A DNA stretch of 62,719 bases, filler included, from Choristocarpus tenellus KU-1152 (lineage: Eukaryota; Protista; Phaeophyceae), in NCBI GenBank assembly GCA_964200185.2. It is 11 parts of 11 records of this genome, joined end to end, with 100 filler letters (N's around TTAATTAATTAA, not from the genome) between each part and the next. Parts side by side here need not be neighbours in the genome. Positions count along the whole stretch, not along the records: positions 9,321 to 14,624 come from CAXNAD020011213.1; positions 14,725 to 17,368 come from CAXNAD020026010.1; positions 17,469 to 21,383 come from CAXNAD020017174.1; positions 21,484 to 30,015 come from CAXNAD020004615.1; 7 more parts are not named here. One strand, written 5' to 3'. Position numbers and translations under genes: made by a program. The notes under the pieces were generated by a model. It ran no database searches. It saw only the letters and a program-made list of their open reading frames with translations, and was not told the DNA's origin. Positions 12,900 through 24,500 of this stretch are shown in pieces. Position 1 is the stretch's first letter; every line of letters begins with the position of its first letter.

Positions 12900-13790
12900 A
12901 ATGTACCACATTGAGAGAGTGGATTCGACATCTGAGTAAGCAAGTCAGGCTCCACTCACGAGCACTGACTGAGTTACAATGTAAAGAGAGGGAGTGTTGT
13001 AAGTTATCAAACCGCCGTTCATTCTCGTACCGTTTGCCATACCGCTTGATATTTTTTTCCAGAACCGTTCTTGGTAATCGACGAATTTGTGAAGAAGATT
13101 TTTGCAATAGACAGGAATTTCTGCATGAATCTGGTCTTCCATGTGGGGCTACTTGCCGACACTGGATCAAGTCCATACCGAGACAAACGCCTCCTCCTCG
13201 AATTTACGTTTCCAGAAGTGGGAACGACCTCCCACCTACCTCACTCATCCACCACCAATGGTGTAGCTGCTGCTGGAGCTGAGCTGCGAAAGCGCACCCA
13301 CTATAAGGGATCTTTTGAACCTCGTAGCTAAAACCTCAACACCCTCGTCGTGGAAAGTTGTGGGCGCCTCGGTAAGCAAGCGGAACGTTTTCTGGATGAG
13401 CTATCTGCGCACGCAGTAGGGGGAGAGGGGCACGAGGCCACAGCAGAAAAAGGGCGGTCAAATAGTCCCAGTCACAACGCAAGTAGCCTTATCAAGACGT
13501 GTCATGCTGTCTTAAGCTGGAGACACCAGGGAGATGGAGAAGGAGGGGCTTGTTAGATTCTTGGGATGCCTCCCTAACTCCTCGGCCTGGGGAGGAGGAC
13601 TAAGCTAGGTTGGAGACATAGATAGGAAGGCAGTGGTACAGCATAGCTGGTAGTAAAATAGTAAATAGATCAATGTCTTTCACATTTTACTACAGCTTTT
13701 ACTTTTTTAAGGATTTTTCTCACATGTGAACAGTTTTCATTGGTTTTCCTTGGACACATCTACAAAATGTCCGAAGGTATAAATAAAATA
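12900..13790 (+). mobile_element. Decayed 3' end of a non-LTR retrotransposon with a restriction-like endonuclease (CRE/R2-like)
   Basis: Broken reading LLLEFTFPE…AAAGAELRKRTHYKGSFEPRS*NLNTLVVESCGRLGKQAERFLDELSAHAVGG fits the RLE C-terminal pattern (E-x-x-K-x-x-x-Y…V-E-S-x-G-R-L-G). It has an in-frame stop and is followed by a UTR ending in an A-rich tract. Confidence 0.65.
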
Positions 13791-14999
13791 AACATTCTTC
13801 TTCTTCTGTCAGTATAGTTCATCATTTTACATCTTATTTTTTTATCACCTCAGATGTGATGGGAAGAATTCAATATCAGAACTTCTGTCAAAGTAACGTT
13901 TCTCGTAAATGTTTAGTATCTCTCTAAAATCTATTTACTATTTGGATTTGTCCAATCTCACAACCTTACAATTTTTCTTGGTCTGTCTATCTTGATAACT
14001 GATAGCGAAAGCAATTGAGAGATGGGCAGGATTGAACCCTTCTCCATTCTAACCCATCTTTCTCACCCTATCCAATACACTACAATATTTCATCGCTTTA
14101 TTTCCAGAATAGTGGACCGCAAAATTGTTCTTCTCCCTTTCCACACCCAAAATGACAGCACAATTACGCAAATGATATTTCCAAAAGTGTACAAACGGGC
14201 GCCTTTTTGCCATTTGTTCGAACCCTTAAGACTGCAACCCTCCATACAACCTTTCCATTGGTTTGACTCTCAGTCTCTTTGCCAGCCACCCTTGTTCGAG
14301 TAAACCGCACCGTCACAAAATCACACAATTCAGACTTGTGTGGTGAATGAAGGAGTGTTTCATGCGCTTGACATGTATGTGGTATACATTACACCATATA
14401 TGTAGAGAACTACATACCACTAAAACATAGAACTGTATAGTAGTAGAAGAGTAGTAGTAGCAATGTACAGCACACTCTTCTTTCTACAGGTGTCCCCTCA
14501 GAAGACCTTGCCGAAATTATTGGCCAAGACTGGGTAACTTGGGGGGGAACAGCACCACCTGCACCTGCCCCAGAGGTTCACATCCTGGCAGCTCATGACG
14601 CCAGGATCACAAGGAGGGCTCAGCNNNNNNNNNNNNNNNNNNNNNNNNNNNNNNNNNNNNNNNNNNNNTTAATTAATTAANNNNNNNNNNNNNNNNNNNN
14701 NNNNNNNNNNNNNNNNNNNNNNNNCCTTAATCGGTACCACGGTATAACGGTATATGGCATACGAGCAATACGGTATAATAACAGACAAACATGCTTTTTC
14801 ACATTTTCACGGGTAAGTTCATAAAGTATTTTTGTGAGCGTAAGGATTATTAGGAGGAATACGTACGGTAACCTGTGTGTTGGTAGCGGGAAGAATAATA
14901 GAATTGAAAGGTGGACGAAAAGTAAAGGACTGTGTGGTAGAAGAGGTAGGGGAGAAGTTAACGTAATGAATGGTAGGTGGAGTCATGAGGTATTTAGGA

Positions 15000-15330
15000 A
15001 GGAATCAAGACATTTCATGCGCTTTAAGGTGGAGACACCATGGAGATGGTCAAGGAGGGACCTGTCGGATTCTTGGGATGCTTCTCGTCCTCCTCATCCC
15101 CTGTAGTGTCGGGCAAAGCTAGCTTGGAGGTATATCAACAAGGTACACATTGGAATGACGAACCTTCATGGGAGTGGTGTAGTATAGGTGGTATTCAAAT
15201 AGTAAATATATCTTGGAGAGATATCTTTCACATTTACTGTTACTATTACAGGGTTCCTTATGATATTGAATTCACTCTTTCCCTGACACATCTCCAAAAG
15301 GTTAGAAGGCATACTGATGAAATATATATG
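15000..15330 (+). mobile_element. Second, shorter 3' fragment of the same LINE-like family
   Basis: Matches 13490-13780 in the blocks ATCAAGAC…TTAAG.TGGAGACACCA.GGAGATGG, GATTCTTGGGATGC, AAATAGTAAATA, TCTTTCACATTT and GACACATCT.CAAAA. Confidence 0.65.
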
Positions 15331-16049
15331 GTATCAATGAATATCCGATCAGGATATCATTAGCCAAAGGTCCAAAGTGTCAGGGGGGGGGGGGGGGGGG
15401 GGGGTTGCACTGGGGCGTCCGTTTTGACTGTGACAAGGTGTGGAGGGTTTGTCCTTTGTTGATGTTTTGTATAGAATGCACTTAGGACCTGCACTTGGCG
15501 CTTGGATCCTTGTAGGCTGTGCGAATATGGATCTGGAAAGCTGCTGTTACGTTCCAATTTTGTTAAGGTTAGGTGGTTAGAGCCATCTCACTGAGGGTTA
15601 GAAGAGTGGTTACCTGTAGTAAGTATCTCACCTTGCGATTTTAAAGCTGGTATGAGGTACGAGAGGGTGTTCCATCTGTTATAGTTTTGCCAACTGTCTG
15701 TGAATGACCCATGTGCCAGGGCAACGCAAAGAAATCTTAGATCCAATGTCTCGGTTCCATGAATTCAAGGGCGCATCAAGAATGGTACCATAAGTACAAG
15801 AGAAGAATAGCAGTAGATATGATTCCCCCCAAAATCCGTTATTGGGTCAATAAAAGCGTGCGTACGAGGACACATGTGTACATGAATGATGGTCTAATAT
15901 TTTCATTCAAATGAAATATATGTAAGAAATCACTTGCATTTAACGAAGTCCAACCTCTCGAACATATGATGTCCTAGGAGGCATTTACTGCATTGTTGCA
16001 GGACGTGGTGGCTTTTGGATAGGAACGGCTTAGGTAGATCCTGAAAAGC

Positions 16050-16854
16050 TGTGTCTCTCCTAGCATTACGGAGATGTGGGACTTGTCCAGAACCAGGCCC
16101 GGGTGGGAGTGTCTTATTCTGTACTGCATCGTTCCGCAAGAAGCTGGATATTACTCAACTCACCATTCTCCCATTTAACTTCATAGGGGTAGCTGACTCG
16201 CTCCTCTCCAACTCTCACCATGTAGTGGGGTTGGTACTTGGTCACAGTCCCTCGCATCCACCAACCGTCCCATCTGAATTACAGCCCCCTGCCCTTCGCA
16301 CTGCCATATAGCGTGTCCCTCTCATCTAAATCAGGTATAGCCCTCAGTGACGGTTCCAGGAGGATATATATATATCTATACATATCTGGATATCCTCCTC
16401 CTCGCCCCCACGTTTCTCCTGCCTGATACGCTGGGCTGCTGCAGGCCCATTAACACTGTCCCTCTGCTTCCTCTCCTGAAGTTGTTGGACTCCCTCCTTG
16501 ATCTCGTCCTCTGGCATATACAGCCTCAGTTCAGGGAGCAAAGAGGTTTCGCCATCGTCAGGAAGGTAGGACACAGAGAGTACATGTATGCCCCCAAATC
16601 AAGGTGAACATCGCGAACCTCCCCCCATGTACGATAGCCCCTCCTCCCACGCATAGGACAAAGCATGTGCCTTGGCCGAACCTTGCATGGGATGTGTCCC
16701 CAAGTCGGAGTTGCCTTGATAAGTGAGCAGGTACTCCACCGAGTGATTGTCGATTGGACTCTGAAATGAACCTCTGGTGTTGTCCAGGCAGGTTTGTGAA
16801 CGTGTTGTCCAGGTCATTGTGGTGAAAGTCTGTGAAGTCAGGGATGATGACAGC
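16050..16854 (-). pseudogene. Decayed ORF (frameshifts and stops) with two Tudor-like segments, probably transposon-derived
   Basis: Stitched reading AVIIPDFTDF…HGGEVRDVHLDLGAYMYSVSYLPD…GL*FRWDGWWMRGTVTKYQP…YPYEVKWENGE…STE*DTPTRAWFW. The Tudor-like call rests on pattern only. Confidence 0.4.
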
Positions 16855-17116
16855 CTGAAGGGGCACAACATGGGGACGCTGTTTTGTGTGCCGTAACTCC
16901 ACCAAGATGTTTATTTTTAGGGTGGGGTTGATGGGGAGGCAACTGTTAGCATGTTTGCGCAAGATGGAGTTGTTGTGTTTTACGCACTGTTGTTTGGATT
17001 GTAGGAGAAAAAGTGACCTTATTATGCAAAACATAGATTTTGGAGTGAAAGGAAGGCATGGTAAAGGGTTTATAATTTGAACATTCTTTTCGGTAATTAA
17101 AAGAAGGTTCTCGATG

Positions 17117-17330
17117 TGTTGAACTATCCCACACTGGACCCGCGGCTTTTATGGTGCTTTAGTGAAGGACAAAGAACAGCTTGGTGTAGATGAACAAAGT
17201 TAATATTACAAGGGGCCTTACGGTCTCGATTCCGCTGACTGAGCATATGGATGAGACTAGCCTAAACTACCATTATTATTTTTATAGTGAGGGGTTTGTA
17301 ATCGTCCACACTAACTTACTATGAATTACT
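17117..17330 (-). mobile_element. Ty1/copia-type LTR fragment interrupted by a MITE
   Basis: The reverse complement aligns with 54427-54637 (TTAGTGTGGACGATT.CAAACCCC, CATCTACACCAAGCT, AAAGCCGCGGGTCCAGT) and ends in …TTCAACA. Confidence 0.75.
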
Positions 17331-17368
17331 GACCCAAAGTATCTTGGAGGGGGGCGGGGGTCTACACA
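17331..17368. mobile_element. MITE family B terminus at a contig end
   Basis: GACCCAAAGTATCTTGG-(G-rich)-TCTACAC, as at 52612 and 30116. Confidence 0.7.
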
Positions 17369-17901
17369 NNNNNNNNNNNNNNNNNNNNNNNNNNNNNNNN
17401 NNNNNNNNNNNNTTAATTAATTAANNNNNNNNNNNNNNNNNNNNNNNNNNNNNNNNNNNNNNNNNNNNGGGGGGGTTACCTACGTTTCAGGCATAGGCAC
17501 TGTGGACATTGCACAAGTACCAAATCAACCACCCTCATACTAGAAGGTTTTACTCTTGAGTACTTGTTTGGTAGACTCATACAGCCAAACTGTATCAACG
17601 TAGTGTGGATCAGAAAAATGATACCCTTAGCACAGCAAGTGGTGATGGAGGATTAACAAACATGTACCTCTCTCTCAGATGAACATAGGCTGACTGTTCA
17701 ATGTAGATAGAACAGGATGATTGATGATTGTGAGGGCATGTCGCAAACTTCTCAGGTCCACTACAAGTTGGGTAATAACAGCTCAAAATGCAAGAAGTCA
17801 ACAGGGACCACCTACTACATAGTTTTCGAGAATAACAAGGGAGCTTCACGATCTCGCCCTCTTGGCGTGTTTTGAAAGGCGTAAGGCAGGCCAGAGCTTA
17901 C

Positions 17902-18930
17902 CCTGCAAAAACTAAGATCAACGCTTTGCACATGAGGAAAGGCTGACACCACGTCTTTCAGCACGGAGTCGCAAATCGTGGTGCCGTGTAGATCGAGAAT
18001 CTGACGGTAGTAGCAAGAGCAGAGGACAGGACTTGGGAGGGTTAGGCAAACATAGACAAGATGGAATGAGCTTGCGACAACATGGGGGTGTTCCGGTGCT
18101 GGAGGACACGGTACCCCAAATATGCTCGAGAAAAACGAGTAGAACAGCCTGTATGTTAAGACGGGCACTGTGCTTTCCTACGTACCTTGCAGGCGTCCCT
18201 CCCAACGCTTCCAATGCGCTTGCTGACTAGACGTAGATATGAGACTACTACCAGCGAGTCCAGAAAGCCAGAGAAGAATATGTTTGCCAGGGCATTGTCA
18301 GGTAAGTCCATGAGCTCTAACCCTTCTTCAAAAGGACAATCGTGTCGAGAATCTGCTCCCCCAGCCCATCAGAAATACTTTGAGTGTAAGGTAGTGAATT
18401 GCGGATGCAGCCGAGTTGTGTGTATTGCATGTTACCTTGGATACATATATCTGAATAAAAACCCTAAGATCTGTGGAGGAGGTGGAATTGCAAGAAATAT
18501 AGGCAGAACTAGAGCACTATAAAACTAAAGATCGACCATACTAATATGGCACTTCATGAGATCAATAGACGTTTTGCCCCACCAACCCAGGCATGTCACA
18601 GCCCTATAGTAATGTGGAGGATTACTTAGAACGCTCAATACCAACCAGGCACAGCGCACGCCTATCACCTAGCGAGACGTTCCGTAAACCCGTTGCCATG
18701 GTCTGTGGATGGTAGGTCACACCACCAAACGACATCGCCCCACGAAAGTGTACATCAGAGCGCGCGGCTGAGCACAACGGCGGCGGTTCAACCATGTCGA
18801 AGGAATCACTGGAACCATCACCAAAGATTCCATGAAGTACTTTCCGTGGTCCCCGAGGCCTAAGGTATTGATGGTGAGGTTGAGCACCTGAGGGTGAGGT
18901 TCTTCGTCTGTTCTTTCCAGACGGTGCCAT
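17902..18930 (-). CDS. F-box/LRR-like protein, 5' part
   Basis: Exons 18930-18626 (less certain), 18377-18186 (LMDLPDNALANIFF…LRLVSKRI, F-box-like) and 18000-17902 (ILDLHGTTICDSVLKDVVSAFPHVQSVDLSFC, LRR-like). Splice sites are canonical and phases compatible. Confidence 0.65.
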
Positions 18931-19779
18931 CCTTGATTTTCACGCACAGCTTGTCAAGATAGGAATTCTCCTTGACCAGACCGATGCTATCAACTGATGC
19001 AGTTGCTTCTGACAATGCAATTCAGTGTGAAGTCGATTCTGGTCTGTGAATCACAACCTGAAGGATCTGGGTTATGTAAGTTGGGGGCTGGGGTATAAAT
19101 TAATCCGTATTCGACATACGGATTAACCCAAGGTACTCCAAAACCAGTACAAAAGCAGTTGTTGAATAGTACTCCATCTTGGGGTTGACCATCACTCGGT
19201 CACCACCTTGTGCTCAGGAAAGTTCGCTTCTTCGAAGTTCCATATACCGCCCTATCTGATGCAACGCTAGTGTTGACTATCATTCTGTGATTGTCGAGGT
19301 GGTATAACGAGTTACGGCACACATCTAGGTGAGGTTTCATCGGTTGCATCACCCCACTTTGTTGTCCTCCACTGCCTGCCTAAGTGTTTCCAGTAATCGC
19401 CTGTGGTATGCCACCTGCTGTGGTACGCCTGATAGTCTTCGTTTTTCTTGGTTCGCCTGGTACCAATACCATTCCCTCAGGCGCCCGTCCAAAACACTAG
19501 GGGTTATACTGGAGGCTCAATATTGTAATAAGACTTCTAGACGAGGAGTACTGAGCCCAGCACCGTAGTCCTCCACTGGCAACTTTTCTCTCCTTCGTTT
19601 TTGATTTTTCAAGAAATCCTATCACTCAACAAGCTCTCTGCACATCTAAGGTGTCGTAATCACCTCGAATCATCGTCGTTGCTTGTTTCGCATCTCGAAC
19701 ACGGAAGTCGTACAACTTTGACAGACACGTGAAACGGGCAGCGAAACGGACCAGTGTGTACGTTGCTGAGTTGATACCC

Positions 19780-20666
19780 ATGACCGCCTCCCCGGGGGCA
19801 TTCGATCGATCTTCGACGGGATCGGGGTCTGCACCTGCCCCGGCAACCGCCGCTGCCTCTGTTTTGCCAGTCCCTGTACCAGGGCGTGGCGGACTTGGGG
19901 TTCGATCTCCACCCCCCGCTGCTCCAGTCTCAATCCCCTTGACTAACGCCGCCCTCCAAGAGCTCTGGGGACGAGTAGATCAACCACATTCCGCAGATCG
20001 ACTCCCACGACCGCTTCCCTACCCTCCTGGAGCTGGGTACAGTTACGGGTTTGGAGGAGGGGAAGCAGGAGACACAAACGGGACAGTTGTGATGGGACCT
20101 GGAAGCTTGGGACTTGGAGCTAGGTCAGTGACTGGGTCAGGCGTCGGATTAGGCGTAGAGGCAAGCTCAGCCGCTTGCGCAGACTACGGGAACAGTTACA
20201 TCAATGGGAGCAGGAGCAGCAGCAGCAGCAGTTGCAGCAGTGGCAGCAACTATGGGGGGTCCTACTTCTGCCCCCCACCGCCCGTGCAGCTCACTGGCCC
20301 ACACGTAGACGCCCCATATTACACCCTTATCGCTCCGCCTTCCTCTAACTCCCTACCCGCCCCAGCCACTGCCTCTGGAGGCTTTGTCCCACCAGATTCA
20401 ATGGGCGGGGGTGGGGGTGGCGCTATGCACACTTGCACTTGCGGTGGTCATGCGAATAACCACGTTGACCTACCCGCGGTGAGCCATGTGGCGGGCACTG
20501 CAGGGCCTGCGGCAGTGGGTGGATTTCACCACCAATACAGTGGAACTTTGGTGCCATCAGGGACACAGGGGGAGCAGGTTGTTGATATGGGATATGATAT
20601 GCCAGATGCAGTGGAGGCAATTCCACCTCCTCCACCTCTGGCTCCACTGAGGAAGGAGAGATTCAG
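19780..20666 (+). CDS. Large low-complexity (Gly/Pro/Ser-rich) first exon of an unidentified gene
   Basis: ~295 open GC-rich codons from the ATG at 19780 to an AG|GTGTGA donor after 20666. No domain recognised. Confidence 0.65.
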
Positions 20667-21483
20667 GTGTGACCTTGTATGTGTGTCTATGTTTAAATTA
20701 TTTTTTTGTTGGATAATGGCGCAGTGCGTGTCTCATCGCCTGTAGTCTGTTGACTGTTGTAGGTGGTGTGTCTGAACATGTGTGTTTCCATGAGTTTAGA
20801 TGGAGTTTATAATGATTGTGGGAGGCATTTACAGATAGATGAAGTTCTTCTTCATGGAAATTATTTCACCTTTCTTTATACACCACACTGCGTAAACACA
20901 GGCAGGAACATCTGAGTTGCTTGCCCTTGTTGCAAACATGATTCTGCTGGTGTTGCGCACTCTTTTGAACAATGCTGTATATGTATGATGGAAAGTTTTT
21001 GAATACAAGTATATCTCTCTCATTGTCCCCTGAAGAACACAATGTTTTGTTTTGTCGCCCTGGCCCTGGCCATCAACCAATAAAATGCACCGAAGGCTGT
21101 GCGAAGTGGGAACTATTTGCTTTCTATTTTCTTGACCCCCCTGAAAAAAGGAAAGGAAAATGATTTTGTGTTGTATGTTCAAGTTGCTTGTAGACTCCTG
21201 TAATATTGCAAGAGCGAGATGAAGAAAGTTGACCTAAAAATATGGAGGCATCGCTACAGTAGATCTGATGTTTTCAAGGGCAAGAATGAGAGTCCACTGT
21301 ATAAAGAGCGACACAAAATCTTTTCTTTTTTTTCTGCGGGGGGGGCGGGGGGAGGGGGTAAATACAAGAGTGTGTACTGTATGNNNNNNNNNNNNNNNNN
21401 NNNNNNNNNNNNNNNNNNNNNNNNNNNTTAATTAATTAANNNNNNNNNNNNNNNNNNNNNNNNNNNNNNNNNNNNNNNNNNNN

Positions 21484-21544
21484 GAACCCAAGCCCCAAAT
21501 GGACAAACAGGGCAAAACTCGTACCCTCTAAGATACTGTCACTC
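21484..21544 (-). mobile_element. MITE family A terminus at a contig start
   Basis: …CCCCAAATGGACAAACAGGGCAAAACTCGTACCCTCTAAGATACTGTCACTC matches 31397-31455. Confidence 0.85.
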
Positions 21545-21567
21545 AGAAGTGGTCATCAGTTTGGCAC

Positions 21568-24500
21568 CTGCTCTCTGAACATAGTCGCTCGGCACCAGGG
21601 ATTGACCCCACAGTTTGCAAGTATGCTTGAGGCAAATTCTGAGTATCCTGGAACCGTGGAGAAAGTGAGGTTCAACAAGGCCTTCAGTGCACCTGCAATA
21701 ATGGCTGGTTGGCATCTGGGAGGAAAGTCGTCCCCCCAAAGTTCAAGATATATGGTTAGGGAGCGATTGGGCATCTGACTCAGTTACGGAGCAAAGGACT
21801 CATTAACTCTGTTGATGATTTTCTACACTTGCCCAAGCACTTCCAAAACATCACTATTGCTCTGATGCTGCTAAAAAAGGAAATGTTAAGGATTCCATCC
21901 TCTGCAGCAAAACAATGCCCTTTAGTCAAGCGCACAAGGACTAAAGTCCCCCCAAGAACCTGCCCCTGTGATATCAAGTCTAAATCGCCCTATATGCGCT
22001 GCACGATTTGATATGCAGGGTGCAGAGTGTATGCCAATTCCATCCAGCCCCCGTAACTCCCTACTGCCAACATCCAACCCCCCCATCTTCACCTAATATA
22101 ATGCCTACCTCTCATATGTTGAGAGGTTGAGAAGGGCGTGAAGGACCTTGAGCCTCAACCGCTGTTCAGTCCCCGCAGAACTGACCAATCTACACAGTCC
22201 TCGGATGGCTCCATTTTGCAGTAATGCTTTCTTGGATTGACTATGCTTCGACAAAGAGGTCAAACAGAACGTCCCACATGCCTTTGCAGTGACAAATTAT
22301 TTTGCAAGCAGAGTTTTTGCAGTGACCAGCTAGAATTGTGAATGGAGAGTCAATCTTATTGTTTGCATTTGTACACAAAGACCTCTGTATGTAGTAAAGG
22401 GGTCACGACTTCATATCAGAGTATGCGAAACTGCCCAGGAAAAAGAAAAAAACGTCCTGATAGATGTATATATTACGTCATGCCCACTAGTGTTTGGCAG
22501 ACTTTGTCAGAGGGAGAACAAAGCAAAACTAGAGAAAATACAACACAACAGGAGACTTTTTTTACAGCATGTTGTACTCTGTAACTAAGTTGGCAGAGTT
22601 ATTTCAATATGGAGTCATTTCTTGTTGCATGCATCCAAAAATAGAGTAGCGCTTCTCCATTCTGCCAGTTTTTTTTACCTTAGCATAGGAAGCAGCATAC
22701 TATTTTTTGAATAAACAAATACATCATTGATTGAGGGGAGGATCAGTGTCAATCCGGAGACCAACTCTGATGCGTATGATCAGGTGAAAAAATGTGTCAT
22801 TGGCAGCTACAGTATCAGATAAGACCCAATACCCTAGGCTTGAATATGTACTCAGGCTAATAGAAATTCAGATGGAAAACTAGGTCAGCGATTTAATTTC
22901 TCTAACCAAAATGAGATTTTAAAAGGTAGCCTTCTTAATTTGTCTAACTAACTATAGGTACCTCTACACCTTTTTATCACATCTAGTTTGACATATTCAC
23001 GACTAAGAAATTCCTCGAAGTTTATGGCAGAGAAAAACTATTGTATGACCTTGTGTATCAATCTTCTACACTGGATGTATATATGAAAGAAGACGAAATA
23101 TTTTGCAATGCCACTCTTACATAGTAGATATCGCAAATACAAAATTAAGTGTTCTTAAGTCATCTATTGCTTACCTCTACATGTCAGCATAATAAGTCGT
23201 TCAAAGCCGTTTGGGATAGGTTGTAGGAATCGCTCGACACAACACGTTTTAGTCACAACTCGACAACAAGAGCTGTGATAAGAATGAATTGCATTCTAAC
23301 GCATAGCTGAAGGTCTCAAAGCTGTATCAGACAACTACCAGTAAAACGTGTCTTAATGAAAGAGGAGAGAAGGCGGTGGAGGAGGGGTACCTCTTCATGC
23401 CAATTTACAACAATCCCATTCTTGTTTAATGTGTGGAATGGGGATGGCGTGGACCACTGCCACATGAACGGAGGGTCCTTATGCTTGACCGTTCGACCAC
23501 CAGTACCCTCCTGCCCCATACAGTCTTTTTCCAAGTGCATCTCACTCCTGTTTTTGTTTTTCTTTAACACACCACCACATTTTCCATTGACGTGCAACAT
23601 ATGGTGCTTGTGTCATATGTGCTGTATTTCAATTGAATACTTGAAATCAATCGTGAAAGTGCAGCAAAGAGAAATTTCTTGGGGAGGTCACCACCTAATG
23701 TGAGCAATCCAAAGAGGTCTGTTGTTGGGTCAATTTCTACGGGAATACGAGGTATGAGGTAAGATAATAGGGCGCAGAAATAGGTCGTTTGCTCTTTCCC
23801 ATGCCAGGAATATCTATGGAGAGAGAAGAGGGTGCACAGGACACACCTGGAGCTCGGCACTGTTGGAGCAGACCATGGCCGAGTACATGTCTTCCAGTAC
23901 ATTAGTACCCCTGGGAGTGGGGGGTATGCGTGATCCATATACTCTGCATTATTGCACTACAAAAAAAGTGTCTCATTAGCTACATTTCTATCTTTTCAAA
24001 ACCAAGCAGAAACAATGAAAGTTTGTTGAGTGAAGGAACCGAGTAGCCTGCATGATTGGGGTTGTTTATCTGATGTGCCCAAGCATGTGCAGATCGACCT
24101 ATTTGAGATGATTCTAATCCTGTAATCACAAGGTAGAGCTCACTGCTGATATGATTGTTTGTTGGTCATCACAATTTGCTAGTACCACAATTCTAAACCC
24201 CTCCTTGCATCCCCTCTCACCCTTCTGCCACAAAATATCGAAGGTATCCTTTTTGCTCCTTGGCCAGGCAAAACACCAGCCCAGCAGAAAGAACCTGAGG
24301 ACATGAGAAAGGGAGTTTATAATACAAGGTCCAGGTCATCGTGTAGTGAAATAGACATATATAAGGAACGGCTGATTAATCTAATTTGTCGATTACTTCA
24401 TTTACATTGACAAGCAGTGAAACTATTAACTCCATTACCATCTCTGTTTCCCACTATCCACAGCCTGTCATACATCCCTTGTCCTAGTCCTTGCCACTAC

